From: a virus
Virus genome (UHGV): UHGV-0237381
Length of the DNA: 24,059 bases
Direction: 5' to 3' (one strand)
Program-made: the position numbers and the translations under genes
Shown: piece by piece, positions 15,553-23,898 of the stretch
Position numbering within the stretch: the first letter of the stretch is position 1
Layout: each line of letters begins with the position of its first letter
Notes under the pieces: model-generated
Databases searched by the model: none
Told to the model about the DNA's origin: nothing
Seen by the model: the letters and a program-made list of their open reading frames with translations, nothing else

Positions 15553-16462
15553 TGGAAGAAAGCTTGAAAGTGATTTAAATGGAAGGTTTGCAAGGGTTGC
15601 CAAGAAATTTGGCGGTGCTTTGCGAACAGTTGGTTCAAAATTAAGGGGAATTATTGCGGGCGGTGCGGTTGCAGGTATTTCAGCAATGATGACAAACCCC
15701 ATTGACAGCCTGAATTCAACACTTGATGAAACTTTAAGAAGATATGATGACATAAGTTCAAGGGCAAAACAACTTGGTGTTTCTTCAGGACAGCTTTTCC
15801 AAGCAACAGCAATTGCAAAAAGTGCAGGCATTCAGGAAGAAGACTTTCGGGCAATGTTGACAGCTTATGCGGTGAAAGTTGGTGAAGCAAAGGCGGGACA
15901 AGACCAAATGTTGAAAGAATTTGTGAACGAAGATTTGTTGACAGGCTTTTTCAAAATGGTTCGCAGTTTGCGAGAATTAAGCCCTGAACAAAGAGCATAT
16001 TTTGGGGCAAAAATTCTTGGTGAAGATGATGTTGCCAAATTGGCGGAGTTAATCAACACAGATGTTCAAGAGCGACACAGACAACTTTTTGGAAAAACCA
16101 CAGCGGAACAAACAACAAGGGCAATTGAAAAGCTTGCAGGCACAGAAGGCAAGCAATCAATCATGAGGGGAAGACTTGATGTTGAAAATCTTTTGGCAAA
16201 ATCACAAAACATCACAAATGAAACAATCAAAATGCAAAGCGAGCTTGAAAGAAAGAAGCAGGAAGCGGAAAATATAAATTTAAGCAATTATGAAATGTTT
16301 GCCCGCATGCAACAAGCGACAGAAGAAAGCAAAATCATTCTTGCGGATATGCAAGCAAAGATTGCACCATTACTTGAAAAAAGTGTTGGTATTCTTGAAA
16401 GATTATATAATTGGTTAATAAATTCCAAACTTGGAAAATGGGCAGGGGGGGTTTTTAAATAA
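15503..16462 (+). CDS. Tape measure protein (very short, 319 aa)
   Basis: Ala/Gly-rich helical protein, 'SRAKQLGVSSGQL...AKSAGI', follows the chaperone pair. Confidence 0.75.
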   Translation: MADSYILNIKPTISASDGRKLESDLNGRFARVAKKFGGALRTVGSKLRGIIAGGAVAGISAMMTNPIDSLNSTLDETLRRYDDISSRAKQLGVSSGQLFQATAIAKSAGIQEEDFRAMLTAYAVKVGEAKAGQDQMLKEFVNEDLLTGFFKMVRSLRELSPEQRAYFGAKILGEDDVAKLAELINTDVQERHRQLFGKTTAEQTTRAIEKLAGTEGKQSIMRGRLDVENLLAKSQNITNETIKMQSELERKKQEAENINLSNYEMFARMQQATEESKIILADMQAKIAPLLEKSVGILERLYNWLINSKLGKWAGGVFK

Positions 16463-16995
16463 TGTTAGGCGGAACAGCACCTGTTTTGGTATTTAATTTT
16501 GCAAGCATTAGTTCAGCATCTATTTTGAACAAATTGGGCTTCAATATAGGGGAAGACAGCATATTCAATCTTGACATTCCGATTGTTTCAATTCCTGTTT
16601 ATTTAGATGAAAAATTGACAGGAATTCTTCTTGATGACCATGAAAGAAGCATCAATATTGAATTTGAACAAGACGAAAACCACAACTATGAAAGGGTGAT
16701 TTCTTCAGATGTGAAAGTCACATTGGTTGCACAAAAAGACAATGTTGCATTTCAAGGATTTCTTGCTTTATTTGAACAAATATTGAAGCGGGTTAATTAT
16801 CAAGCATATAAAATATATTTTTATTATGATGATGTTTTCATGATCAACGCATCTTTGAAAGATTTTGCAGTGACAACAAGGGAAAACACAGACACAAGGG
16901 TTGTGACCTTTACTTTGACAAACAGAAGTGAAGAATCAAAAGTTATTGAGTCGGTTTTGAAAAAATTCGGTGAAACTTTGAAAGTGTTTAAGTGA
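16462..16995 (+). CDS. Baseplate/tail tube initiator-like protein
   Basis: First gene after the tape measure, beta-rich, tube-like size. Confidence 0.5.
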   Translation: MLGGTAPVLVFNFASISSASILNKLGFNIGEDSIFNLDIPIVSIPVYLDEKLTGILLDDHERSINIEFEQDENHNYERVISSDVKVTLVAQKDNVAFQGFLALFEQILKRVNYQAYKIYFYYDDVFMINASLKDFAVTTRENTDTRVVTFTLTNRSEESKVIESVLKKFGETLKVFK

Positions 16996-17258
16996 TGGCG
17001 GTTAATTGGTATAATATAGGCAATAAAGCCAAATTTGAAGCAAAAGGCATTCCGCAGGAAGTCTTTACAAAAGAATTGGAAGATTTGGGGCAACAAGAAA
17101 TTGTTTTCATAAAGGGATTTTCTTTTTCGGTGATATTTATGGGCGAGATGTTGACACCTTCTTTGAATGGGCGAAACCCATTTGATAAAAACAAAAATGC
17201 GTGTTATGTTGACCCTGAAACTTCAGATGTATGGGTTGGATATGAAACTAATATGTGA
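16992..17258 (+). CDS. Small baseplate protein
   Basis: Synteny and translational coupling. Confidence 0.4.
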   Translation: MMAVNWYNIGNKAKFEAKGIPQEVFTKELEDLGQQEIVFIKGFSFSVIFMGEMLTPSLNGRNPFDKNKNACYVDPETSDVWVGYETNM

Positions 17259-17691
17259 AAATGGCTTTTATAAGTTTTTTCCTGATTTTGTTGGGGAAAT
17301 TAAACTTTGGGAAAATAAGAATGGCACAAAGCTTTTCAAGGTTCGTGACTTTTGGACATTTGAAAGCCTTGCAAACTTCCCAAACTATTCATTCACAGGA
17401 CAATTGGTTTATGGTATTATTCCCGCAGTTGTAAACTATGCGGGAAGCCCTGAAGAAGTTTTATCAAAAAATAAATTGACATATAATGTAAAACTTGGAA
17501 CAATAACACCAAGGGCATTGGTTATTTTGCAAAGGTTGAATTATGCAAATGGGGCATATTTGACCTTCCCAAATATCCCTCAAGCCTTTGCCCTTGACCA
17601 AGATTTGCAACAGATTTCAGGATTTGAAGCATTTGTTGATGTAAGGTTGAACACCTATAAAATTGAAAGGCTTTTATATGAAAATATTTGA
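17242..17691 (+). CDS. Baseplate protein in the hub position (149 aa)
   Basis: Start MKLICENG at 17242; assignment by synteny only. Confidence 0.35.
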   Translation: MKLICENGFYKFFPDFVGEIKLWENKNGTKLFKVRDFWTFESLANFPNYSFTGQLVYGIIPAVVNYAGSPEEVLSKNKLTYNVKLGTITPRALVILQRLNYANGAYLTFPNIPQAFALDQDLQQISGFEAFVDVRLNTYKIERLLYENI

Positions 17692-17992
17692 AGCAAAAAG
17701 AACAGGTGGAGTGATAACAGCAGACAGCGGGGTTGTGGTTGATTGCCCTATTTTGGGCGAAGGCGGGGACAGTGAAGGTTTCATCATCATGGCTGAAGGT
17801 GAACTTGTTTATATACCAAAAAGAAGCCCTGATTTATCCACAACATTGCAATTATTATCCACAAGTTTATTCACAATTGCTTCAGGCATCATGCAAGCTA
17901 ATATGGGCGGGGATATTACAAGCCCAACTTTTGCACAAGAATTGACAGATTTGAAAAAACAGGTTGATGAATTAAGGGGAAAATTGAAATGA
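17678..17992 (+). CDS. Putative baseplate spike/tip protein (104 aa)
   Basis: Short beta N-terminus and helical hairpin C-terminus, located before the gp25-like gene. Confidence 0.35.
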   Translation: MKIFEAKRTGGVITADSGVVVDCPILGEGGDSEGFIIMAEGELVYIPKRSPDLSTTLQLLSTSLFTIASGIMQANMGGDITSPTFAQELTDLKKQVDELRGKLK

Positions 17993-18294
17993 TTGATGGT
18001 TTCATTGAAAATGGAGAGTTCAAGACAAGTGACACAATTGTTTTCAAGGCGAAAAACATCTTGGAAACACAGGAAGGTTCTTTGAACTATGCCCCTGAAT
18101 TGGGGATTGATTTAAAAAGATTTCTTGACCCTGATGTGAAGATACAAAACAGGACTTTTGAAGCATACAGCATTCAAAAGTTGGGTGAACAAGGGGTGAA
18201 CCCCATTGAATTGATTGTAAACAAGGAAACTTTCCGCCAAGTGTTTGACTATACAGTTGCGGAAGCAGATAAGGAAGGATTGATTGCACAATGA
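17989..18294 (+). CDS. gp25-like baseplate wedge / sheath initiator
   Basis: LETQEGSLNYAPELGID motif, immediately before the baseplate J gene. Confidence 0.7.
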   Translation: MIDGFIENGEFKTSDTIVFKAKNILETQEGSLNYAPELGIDLKRFLDPDVKIQNRTFEAYSIQKLGEQGVNPIELIVNKETFRQVFDYTVAEADKEGLIAQ

Positions 18295-19106
18295 CATACA
18301 CAGTGACAAACGGATATTCACCAAGAAGCTATGAAACAATTTTGGCAGAATGTGTTCAGGTTGTGAATGAACAATTTGGGACAAGCTACACTTCCCAAAG
18401 CTTCACAGGAACGAACCTTTGGAAATTCTTATATGCAACCATTCAAGGCTTGATGACTGTTGAAAATAACATTGCAGAACTTGGGGTGAAACTTCAAGAC
18501 TATATCAGAACACAAAATGAAAGTTTAATCATTCCCCGCAGTTCTTATGATGGCATCATGCAGATAATCAAAGATGAATTGGGGCTTGTTTCTTCAATAA
18601 AGGTGGTTGAAAGTGCAAGTGAAGCGGGACAAATACATCTTGCAATTGATATTGACAGGAATTCTGAAGATTATGCAGACCGCAAAGCAAAAATATTCAA
18701 AATTCTTCATGAAAACATGGGTGCGGGTTTGTTTTATAATGGAACAGAAAAAGGAACAGTCAATGCATCAAATGGGCAAGTTTTCAACTATGCATTTGAC
18801 CTTCCAACTGAAACATCTTTGAAAATAAAAATTCAAGTTAGGGTTTCTGAAAACACAACATTGTTTGTGGAAACACCAAATGAAATTAAAAACAAGTTTC
18901 TTGCAAATTTTGCGAAGTTATACCGATTGGGCTATGACTTTGAACCGCAAATTTTCTTATGTAGGGATAGGGATTTGCCTTTTGCTTCAGAAATAAATAT
19001 AAGCTATTCAACAAGCGGTTCTGATTATAAAACAGCAATTCTTGAAGCAATGTATGATGAAAAATTCACAATTGACCCAAACAATGTGGAAGTTGAGGTG
19101 ATTTGA
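18291..19106 (+). CDS. Baseplate J-like wedge protein (short)
   Basis: N-terminal 'GYSPRSYETIL', synteny; 271 aa. Confidence 0.65.
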   Translation: MTYTVTNGYSPRSYETILAECVQVVNEQFGTSYTSQSFTGTNLWKFLYATIQGLMTVENNIAELGVKLQDYIRTQNESLIIPRSSYDGIMQIIKDELGLVSSIKVVESASEAGQIHLAIDIDRNSEDYADRKAKIFKILHENMGAGLFYNGTEKGTVNASNGQVFNYAFDLPTETSLKIKIQVRVSENTTLFVETPNEIKNKFLANFAKLYRLGYDFEPQIFLCRDRDLPFASEINISYSTSGSDYKTAILEAMYDEKFTIDPNNVEVEVI

Positions 19107-19630
19107 TGGTTCAATTTGTAACAGGTGAGCAAGAAGAAAAAAGATTTTGGGACATATATTCCAAACTTGCCCAACAAACCTTGCTTGATATTGAAAACTA
19201 TTTCAAAACAGCATATCAAAGCCCCGAACTTGGGCGAATAATCTATGAAGAACAAGTAATGCCTATTTATAAAGTTTTGGAAAAATCATTGTTTGTGAAG
19301 GCTTATTCACAGATTTTGGAAGGTGAAAAAACTTTGGGTTCTGTTGAAGCTTATTTGAAGATTTTATATGCAATATTTGGAAAAGAAGCAAAAATCACAA
19401 TAACACAAGAACCATTGCATTTGCAAATTGATATTGTTGCACCTGTTCAAAAATTTTATTTATGGATTACAAAATCAAAAAAACAAATTGTCACTAAAGA
19501 TGGAAAGGCAATCAAATTCAAACAAATACTTGCAGAAGTGACCGACAGGGAATTGCTTCAGATTTTAAGGGCAACGACAAAGGCGGGAACTTTTGTTGAA
19601 TTCACTTTAAACAAAGAAGGGGCGATATAA
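19106..19630 (+). CDS. Baseplate wedge protein (gpI-like)
   Basis: 'GSVEAYLKILYAIFG' and C-terminal 'LRATTKAGTFVEF'. Confidence 0.6.
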   Translation: MVQFVTGEQEEKRFWDIYSKLAQQTLLDIENYFKTAYQSPELGRIIYEEQVMPIYKVLEKSLFVKAYSQILEGEKTLGSVEAYLKILYAIFGKEAKITITQEPLHLQIDIVAPVQKFYLWITKSKKQIVTKDGKAIKFKQILAEVTDRELLQILRATTKAGTFVEFTLNKEGAI

Positions 19631-20712
19631 TGGCAACAGAAGAAACCACAATTTCAGAACTTGAACTTGCTGATGAATTATTGGCAGACATGAATATTGC
19701 TGTTGACACAGCAAGCGAAACAAGGGCAATCACTTTGAAACAATTGAAAGCTTGGCTTGGTTCTTCCTTGCCAACAGGATTTGTTGTTGCTTCAGTTGGA
19801 AAAATAAATGATGAAAGGCTCACTTTGCTTGATGGAAAAACTTTATCAAGGGTGGGAACTTATGAAGCATTTTGCAACAAGGTTGTTGCTGAAGTTAAGG
19901 CAGGAAGATGGACTTCATGCACAGAAGACCAATTCAATCAAGAAGTTTCACAAACAGGACAATGCAATAAATTTGTTGTTACAAATGATTATGTGAGAAT
20001 TCCAAAATTTGGCAATTGTATGTATTCAGCATTGATTGATGGAAAAATTCCAGTTGCGGGTAATGGCAATGGAATAGGTTTATACAACGGAAACGGATAT
20101 GGTTCTTGGATGGTGACAGGACCAACAGCATCTATTGGTAATGTACCTCGTATTGCGAAAGATAAATATGGCACAGCCGGCACTGACATGGGAGTAGGTA
20201 ATGGAACAGAAGGTATAGACAAAAGATTAGTAGGTTTGACAACAGATGCTAGTAAATCAGGTATTGAAGGAACACTTTCAACAAACCCAATGACAATTTA
20301 TTATTACATGGTTGTTTCAACTGAAGGGCAAACCGCAAGTGTTGATGTTGATATAAATAAGGTTTATGAGGATTTAGAGCTAAAAGCAAATTCAAATTTA
20401 TCAAATATTGCTTCAAATATTGACTATGTTGTTGAAACATATCGTAGCGGGGCTAGTTGGTATAGAAAATATAAAAGCGGTTGGGTAGAGCAAGGGGGAA
20501 CTGTTTCAAGTAATCAAAACACAGATACTACATTGACGTTTCTAAAAAAATTTATAGATACAAATTATACATTTACAGCATGCCATGCAAAGAGTACAGG
20601 TTATACTAATGGGGCAAATGTAAACTATTTTAATAAAAAAAATGTGTCAATTACGGTTTATCAATGTGATGGCAATGGGTTTTCTTGGAATGCTTGCGGG
20701 AAAGGTGCGTAA
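19630..20712 (+). CDS. Tail fibre / receptor-binding protein
   Basis: N-terminal 'TTISELELA', collar-like 'LPTGFVV...LLDGKTLSR', C-terminal 'DYVVETYRSGASWYRKYKSGWVEQGG' fibre-tip domain. Confidence 0.85.
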   Translation: MATEETTISELELADELLADMNIAVDTASETRAITLKQLKAWLGSSLPTGFVVASVGKINDERLTLLDGKTLSRVGTYEAFCNKVVAEVKAGRWTSCTEDQFNQEVSQTGQCNKFVVTNDYVRIPKFGNCMYSALIDGKIPVAGNGNGIGLYNGNGYGSWMVTGPTASIGNVPRIAKDKYGTAGTDMGVGNGTEGIDKRLVGLTTDASKSGIEGTLSTNPMTIYYYMVVSTEGQTASVDVDINKVYEDLELKANSNLSNIASNIDYVVETYRSGASWYRKYKSGWVEQGGTVSSNQNTDTTLTFLKKFIDTNYTFTACHAKSTGYTNGANVNYFNKKNVSITVYQCDGNGFSWNACGKGA

Positions 20713-20724
20713 AAGGGGGTAAAA

Positions 20725-21075
20725 ATGTTTAAAATTGGCGATAAATTAAATGAAGAAAACTACACACAAGGGGCGATTTGGTGCAATGAAAATGGTTGTG
20801 TTATAAACCCCGAAACATTAGTGATTGAAAAAATACCTGAACCAACACAAGAAGAATTGGTTGTTCGGAAAAGAGCGGACAGAAACCGCCTTTTGGAAGA
20901 TTCAGACAAAAGAATGCTTCCCGATTTTCCTATTTCAGCGGAAGAAAAGGAACTTTGGCTTTTATATAGGCAATATTTGCGAAACATAACCAAAGAACCT
21001 GAATTTCCAAATGTTGATGTTTTAAGTTTTGAAAATTGGCTTGGGCAGATACATTCAAAAGAACCTATATTGTAA
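20725..21075 (+). CDS. Tail fibre assembly chaperone
   Basis: RADRNRLLEDSD...PDFP...YRQYLRNITKEPEFP. Confidence 0.85.
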   Translation: MFKIGDKLNEENYTQGAIWCNENGCVINPETLVIEKIPEPTQEELVVRKRADRNRLLEDSDKRMLPDFPISAEEKELWLLYRQYLRNITKEPEFPNVDVLSFENWLGQIHSKEPIL

Positions 21076-21085
21076 GGAGTGAGAA

Positions 21086-21328
21086 ATGCAAGAGGGAAAA
21101 AACATTTCGGGTAGAAATGGTAGAGGAAGCCACAAAGTCGGCAATGTGAATGTTCAAATTGGTGACAAAGAAGGCATCTATGCAGGAAGTGCAAGCAATA
21201 TGGCAAGATTGTTCATTCTTTGCAATGTGATTTGGGCAATTGTTTTTGGCTTGTTTGCTTATGCAAAAGGTATTGAAACAGGAAACCTTGAAACAAGGGT
21301 TGAAATTTTGGAAAGAATGCATAAATGA
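21086..21328 (+). CDS. Single-pass membrane protein (accessory cassette gene 1)
   Basis: TM segment RLFILCNVIWAIVFGLFAYA. SD AAGGAG. Confidence 0.65.
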   Translation: MQEGKNISGRNGRGSHKVGNVNVQIGDKEGIYAGSASNMARLFILCNVIWAIVFGLFAYAKGIETGNLETRVEILERMHK

Positions 21329-21597
21329 AATATCAAGAGGGTTTGAAGGAAACAAAGAAATTCTTGAAAACCACACCTGAACCGCAGATGCGGGAATTGT
21401 GCAACCAAGCAGGCTTGATCGAAAAGGAAACAGAAATGATTGTTCAAAGATTCCGCAAGGGCAGACCAAGGCTTCATGCTTCCTATGATTTGGGAATGAG
21501 TGAAAGCAGGCATTCAATAAAGATGACCTTGATTTTGAACATTCTGAAGAAAGTTCTTGTTCAATTGGGATTTATAGACGAAACATTTTTGAAATAA
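21325..21597 (+). CDS. Sigma70-region-4/LuxR-like HTH protein (cassette gene 2)
   Basis: AGLIEKETEMIVQRFRKGRPRLHASYDLGMSESRHS. Confidence 0.6.
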   Translation: MKYQEGLKETKKFLKTTPEPQMRELCNQAGLIEKETEMIVQRFRKGRPRLHASYDLGMSESRHSIKMTLILNILKKVLVQLGFIDETFLK

Positions 21598-21627
21598 ATT
21601 CAAAACAACATTTTTAAAAACTTATGG

Positions 21628-21659
21628 CATGGTTAATTCCGAAAGGGGAATTGACCATG
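21628..21659 (+). promoter_or_regulatory. 13-bp RNA hairpin sequestering the SD region and AUG of a 34-aa ORF
   Basis: CATGGTTAATTCC-gaaagg-GGAATTGACCATG (one G-U pair). The 3' arm ends in the ATG at 21657. Confidence 0.7.
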
Positions 21660-21761
21660 TTTTATTTTGACCGCTTGAAAATTTACATGATATTGCAGGA
21701 AGTGAGCAAAGAAACAGGCATTCCCTTCAACATTTTATTGGAAGGAATAAAGAATGTTTAA
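21657..21761 (+). CDS. 34-aa leader ORF (cassette gene 3; not in ORF track)
   Basis: MFYFDRLKIYMILQEVSKETGIPFNILLEGIKNV*. SD GAAAGGGG; overlaps the next ATG. Confidence 0.55.
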   Translation: MFYFDRLKIYMILQEVSKETGIPFNILLEGIKNV

Positions 21762-22185
21762 TTTCAACCCATATTTAAACTATCAACAACGATTGATGCA
21801 AATGGAACAGCAACAGAACCTTCAACCTGTTCAACAAATGCAACCACAAATGCAAGCATTGTTTGTTTCCAAGGCAGATGATTTGAAAAACTTTTCTATC
21901 ATGCCAAATGTTTTGTATATAGGCATCAATCAGGCTTCAAAAGAAATATATGTGCGACAAATGAACAATGACGGCATCACCGAATTGAACACATATTCTT
22001 TGGCAAGCGAAAACAAAGAAAAAGGCACACTTGAAAAGATACTTGAACGAATAGACAACCTTGAATTGAGTTTGAAAGGAAAAGGCAATGAATGGAATGA
22101 TAAACCAAATGTTGGGGCAAATGCTTCAAGGAAGATTTCAAAATCACCCCATGATGGGAATGTTTCAACAAATGATGCAGAATAA
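21754..22185 (+). CDS. Protein with Gln/Met/Pro-rich low-complexity N-terminus (cassette gene 4)
   Basis: NPYLNYQQRLMQMEQQQNLQPVQQMQPQMQ, then a small beta domain 'IYVRQMNNDG' and a short coiled coil. Confidence 0.75.
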   Translation: MFNFNPYLNYQQRLMQMEQQQNLQPVQQMQPQMQALFVSKADDLKNFSIMPNVLYIGINQASKEIYVRQMNNDGITELNTYSLASENKEKGTLEKILERIDNLELSLKGKGNEWNDKPNVGANASRKISKSPHDGNVSTNDAE

Positions 22186-22312
22186 AACCCCACAACAGAA
22201 AATTCAAACCCTTATAAATTCCGCACAATCAAGAGGGTTTGACATCAACAAAAAATGTTTCACCGAGCAGGATTTGCGACAGCTTGGTTTGAATATTCCC
22301 CGCCAAGGGTGA
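22088..22312 (+). CDS. Met/Gln/Asn-rich small helical protein (cassette gene 5)
   Basis: MINQMLGQMLQGRFQNHPMMGMFQQMMQNKTPQQ...QSRGFD. SD AAAGG. Confidence 0.7.
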   Translation: MNGMINQMLGQMLQGRFQNHPMMGMFQQMMQNKTPQQKIQTLINSAQSRGFDINKKCFTEQDLRQLGLNIPRQG

Positions 22313-22365
22313 TTTCTTCCTTTTGGAATGATTGTTTTAAATTTATTTATTGAAAGGAAAAGAAA

Positions 22366-22980
22366 ATGGCAGAAGGAAATTATAGTCTTTCGGATATTGC
22401 TTCAGTAATGGGAAGACATGATGGCTTTGACAATGACAATTGGATTTGGATTTTGTTTTTGTTAATCTTTGGCAATGGTTATGGATATGGAAACAATGGT
22501 GCATTGACAAGGGCAGAAATGACAGATGGTTTCAACAATCAATCTGTTTTGCGTAAGCTTGACGGCATAACACAGGGTTTATGTGATGGATTTTATTCAC
22601 AAAATACAACAATGCTTCAAGGCTTCAACACACTTGGTTCACAAATTTCAAATTGTTGTTGCGAAACTAACCGAAACATTGATGCGGTTCGCTATGAAAA
22701 CGCAAAAAACACTTGTGATATTGTGCGAGCAATTGAAAAAGATGGAGATGCAACAAGAGCTTTAATCAATGCAAACACAATGCAAGCATTGCGAGATAAA
22801 GTTGCAGAACAAAGCCAAGCAATTCAATCAAGGGATTTTCAATTGTCACAGTTGGCACAAAATGAAACTTTAATCAGCAGATTACAGCCAACACCAAAAC
22901 CCGCATATTTGACTTGTTCACCATATCAAGCACAAATGTTTCCATTTGGCAACTATGGTTGCGGTTCTTGCGGTTATTAG
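22366..22980 (+). CDS. Gly-rich TM / CCC coiled-coil protein (cassette gene 6)
   Basis: YSLSDIA, WIWILFLLIFG-NGYGYGNNG, QISNCCCETNRNID, TCDI, LRDK, P.PAY, terminal GCGSCG. Strong SD GAAAGGA. Confidence 0.85.
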   Translation: MAEGNYSLSDIASVMGRHDGFDNDNWIWILFLLIFGNGYGYGNNGALTRAEMTDGFNNQSVLRKLDGITQGLCDGFYSQNTTMLQGFNTLGSQISNCCCETNRNIDAVRYENAKNTCDIVRAIEKDGDATRALINANTMQALRDKVAEQSQAIQSRDFQLSQLAQNETLISRLQPTPKPAYLTCSPYQAQMFPFGNYGCGSCGY

Positions 22981-22987
22981 TTAAAAC

Positions 22988-23007
22988 AGGGCGGGCAACC
23001 CCCGCCC
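22988..23007 (+). other. Intergenic GC hairpin after the CCC gene
   Basis: GGGCGGG-caacc-CCCGCCC, with only a short ATCTTT tail. Confidence 0.55.
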
Positions 23008-23027
23008 ATCTTTGAAAGGAAAAAAAG

Positions 23028-23369
23028 ATGAATTGTTGTAATCCTTATTTTCACAAGTCAACCGCATTGACAGCAAGTGACACAGCGGTTGAAATTACAA
23101 TCACAAACAGCACAAACATTTCAAGCCTTGATTGTTTTGAATTTGTTTTGTGTCAATGCCCTTCTGAAGTTGTAACAGGTGAACCCTTGCCCTTCACAAT
23201 CAATGTGAACGGAACAGCAGTCAACCTTTTGAATAAATACAGCTTGCCAATATACACAAACAGACTAAAACCCCGCAAAAGATATTTTGGGGCTTATGTT
23301 GCGGAAGGTGGAACACCTTATGTGATTTTGTTCAATACACCTTGCGACCCACAATTTGCGACAGCATAG
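23028..23369 (+). CDS. Cys-rich beta-sandwich-like protein (cassette gene 7)
   Basis: MNCC..., FVLCQCP, PFTINVNGTAVNLLNK, RKRY. Confidence 0.7.
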   Translation: MNCCNPYFHKSTALTASDTAVEITITNSTNISSLDCFEFVLCQCPSEVVTGEPLPFTINVNGTAVNLLNKYSLPIYTNRLKPRKRYFGAYVAEGGTPYVILFNTPCDPQFATA

Positions 23370-23376
23370 GGGGTGT

Positions 23377-23856
23377 ATGATGGAAAAATACAAAGAAATA
23401 GTTGAAAAGGTTTCAAGCAAGGGTGACAAGTCAGACATGGAACTTCTTGCCTGCATGATTGGTAAATTCATTGATGAGATGGAAGAAAGACACCCTGAAA
23501 AGGTTCAAAATTTCATGTTAGCAATGGAAGATGAATTTTCCTTCTTCCTAACCGACAGGGAAGCCAAAGCGGTTGTGGATAAAATGGAAAATGAAAGCAA
23601 GGAACACCCCAAAGGTGAAAAGTGGAACAAAGAAACTGTTTTGAAGGTTTTTGCAGATGCAGGACACCCAACATCAAATGTCCGATATTCTGAAAATGGT
23701 GTATATTGGGCAATGAATATGGTATATTCAGATTTCTTTCCCATGTATAAAGATGATGTTTCAAAATATGTTGAACATGCATATTTGTTCTTGAATGATA
23801 AAGACTATTCAGGGAAATATTCAAAAGAAAAATGGTATGCCAAAAAAAGAGCTTGA
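23377..23856 (+). CDS. Helical protein of unknown function (cassette gene 8)
   Basis: LTDREAKAVVDKMEN...GEKW...YWAMNMVYSDF...FLNDKD. SD AGGGGG. Confidence 0.75.
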   Translation: MMEKYKEIVEKVSSKGDKSDMELLACMIGKFIDEMEERHPEKVQNFMLAMEDEFSFFLTDREAKAVVDKMENESKEHPKGEKWNKETVLKVFADAGHPTSNVRYSENGVYWAMNMVYSDFFPMYKDDVSKYVEHAYLFLNDKDYSGKYSKEKWYAKKRA

Positions 23857-23882
23857 TTTTGTGAAAAATATCTTCTTATAAT
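23853..23882 (+). promoter_or_regulatory. Candidate promoter for the lysis cassette
   Basis: TTGATT, 18 bp, TATAAT. Confidence 0.5.
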
Positions 23883-23898
23883 AAAGGGGAAATATTAA

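Noticed and set aside
19630..21075. Diversity-generating retroelement or invertible tail-fibre system
   Set aside because: No reverse transcriptase or invertase ORF, and I saw no second copy (template repeat) of the fibre C-terminus.
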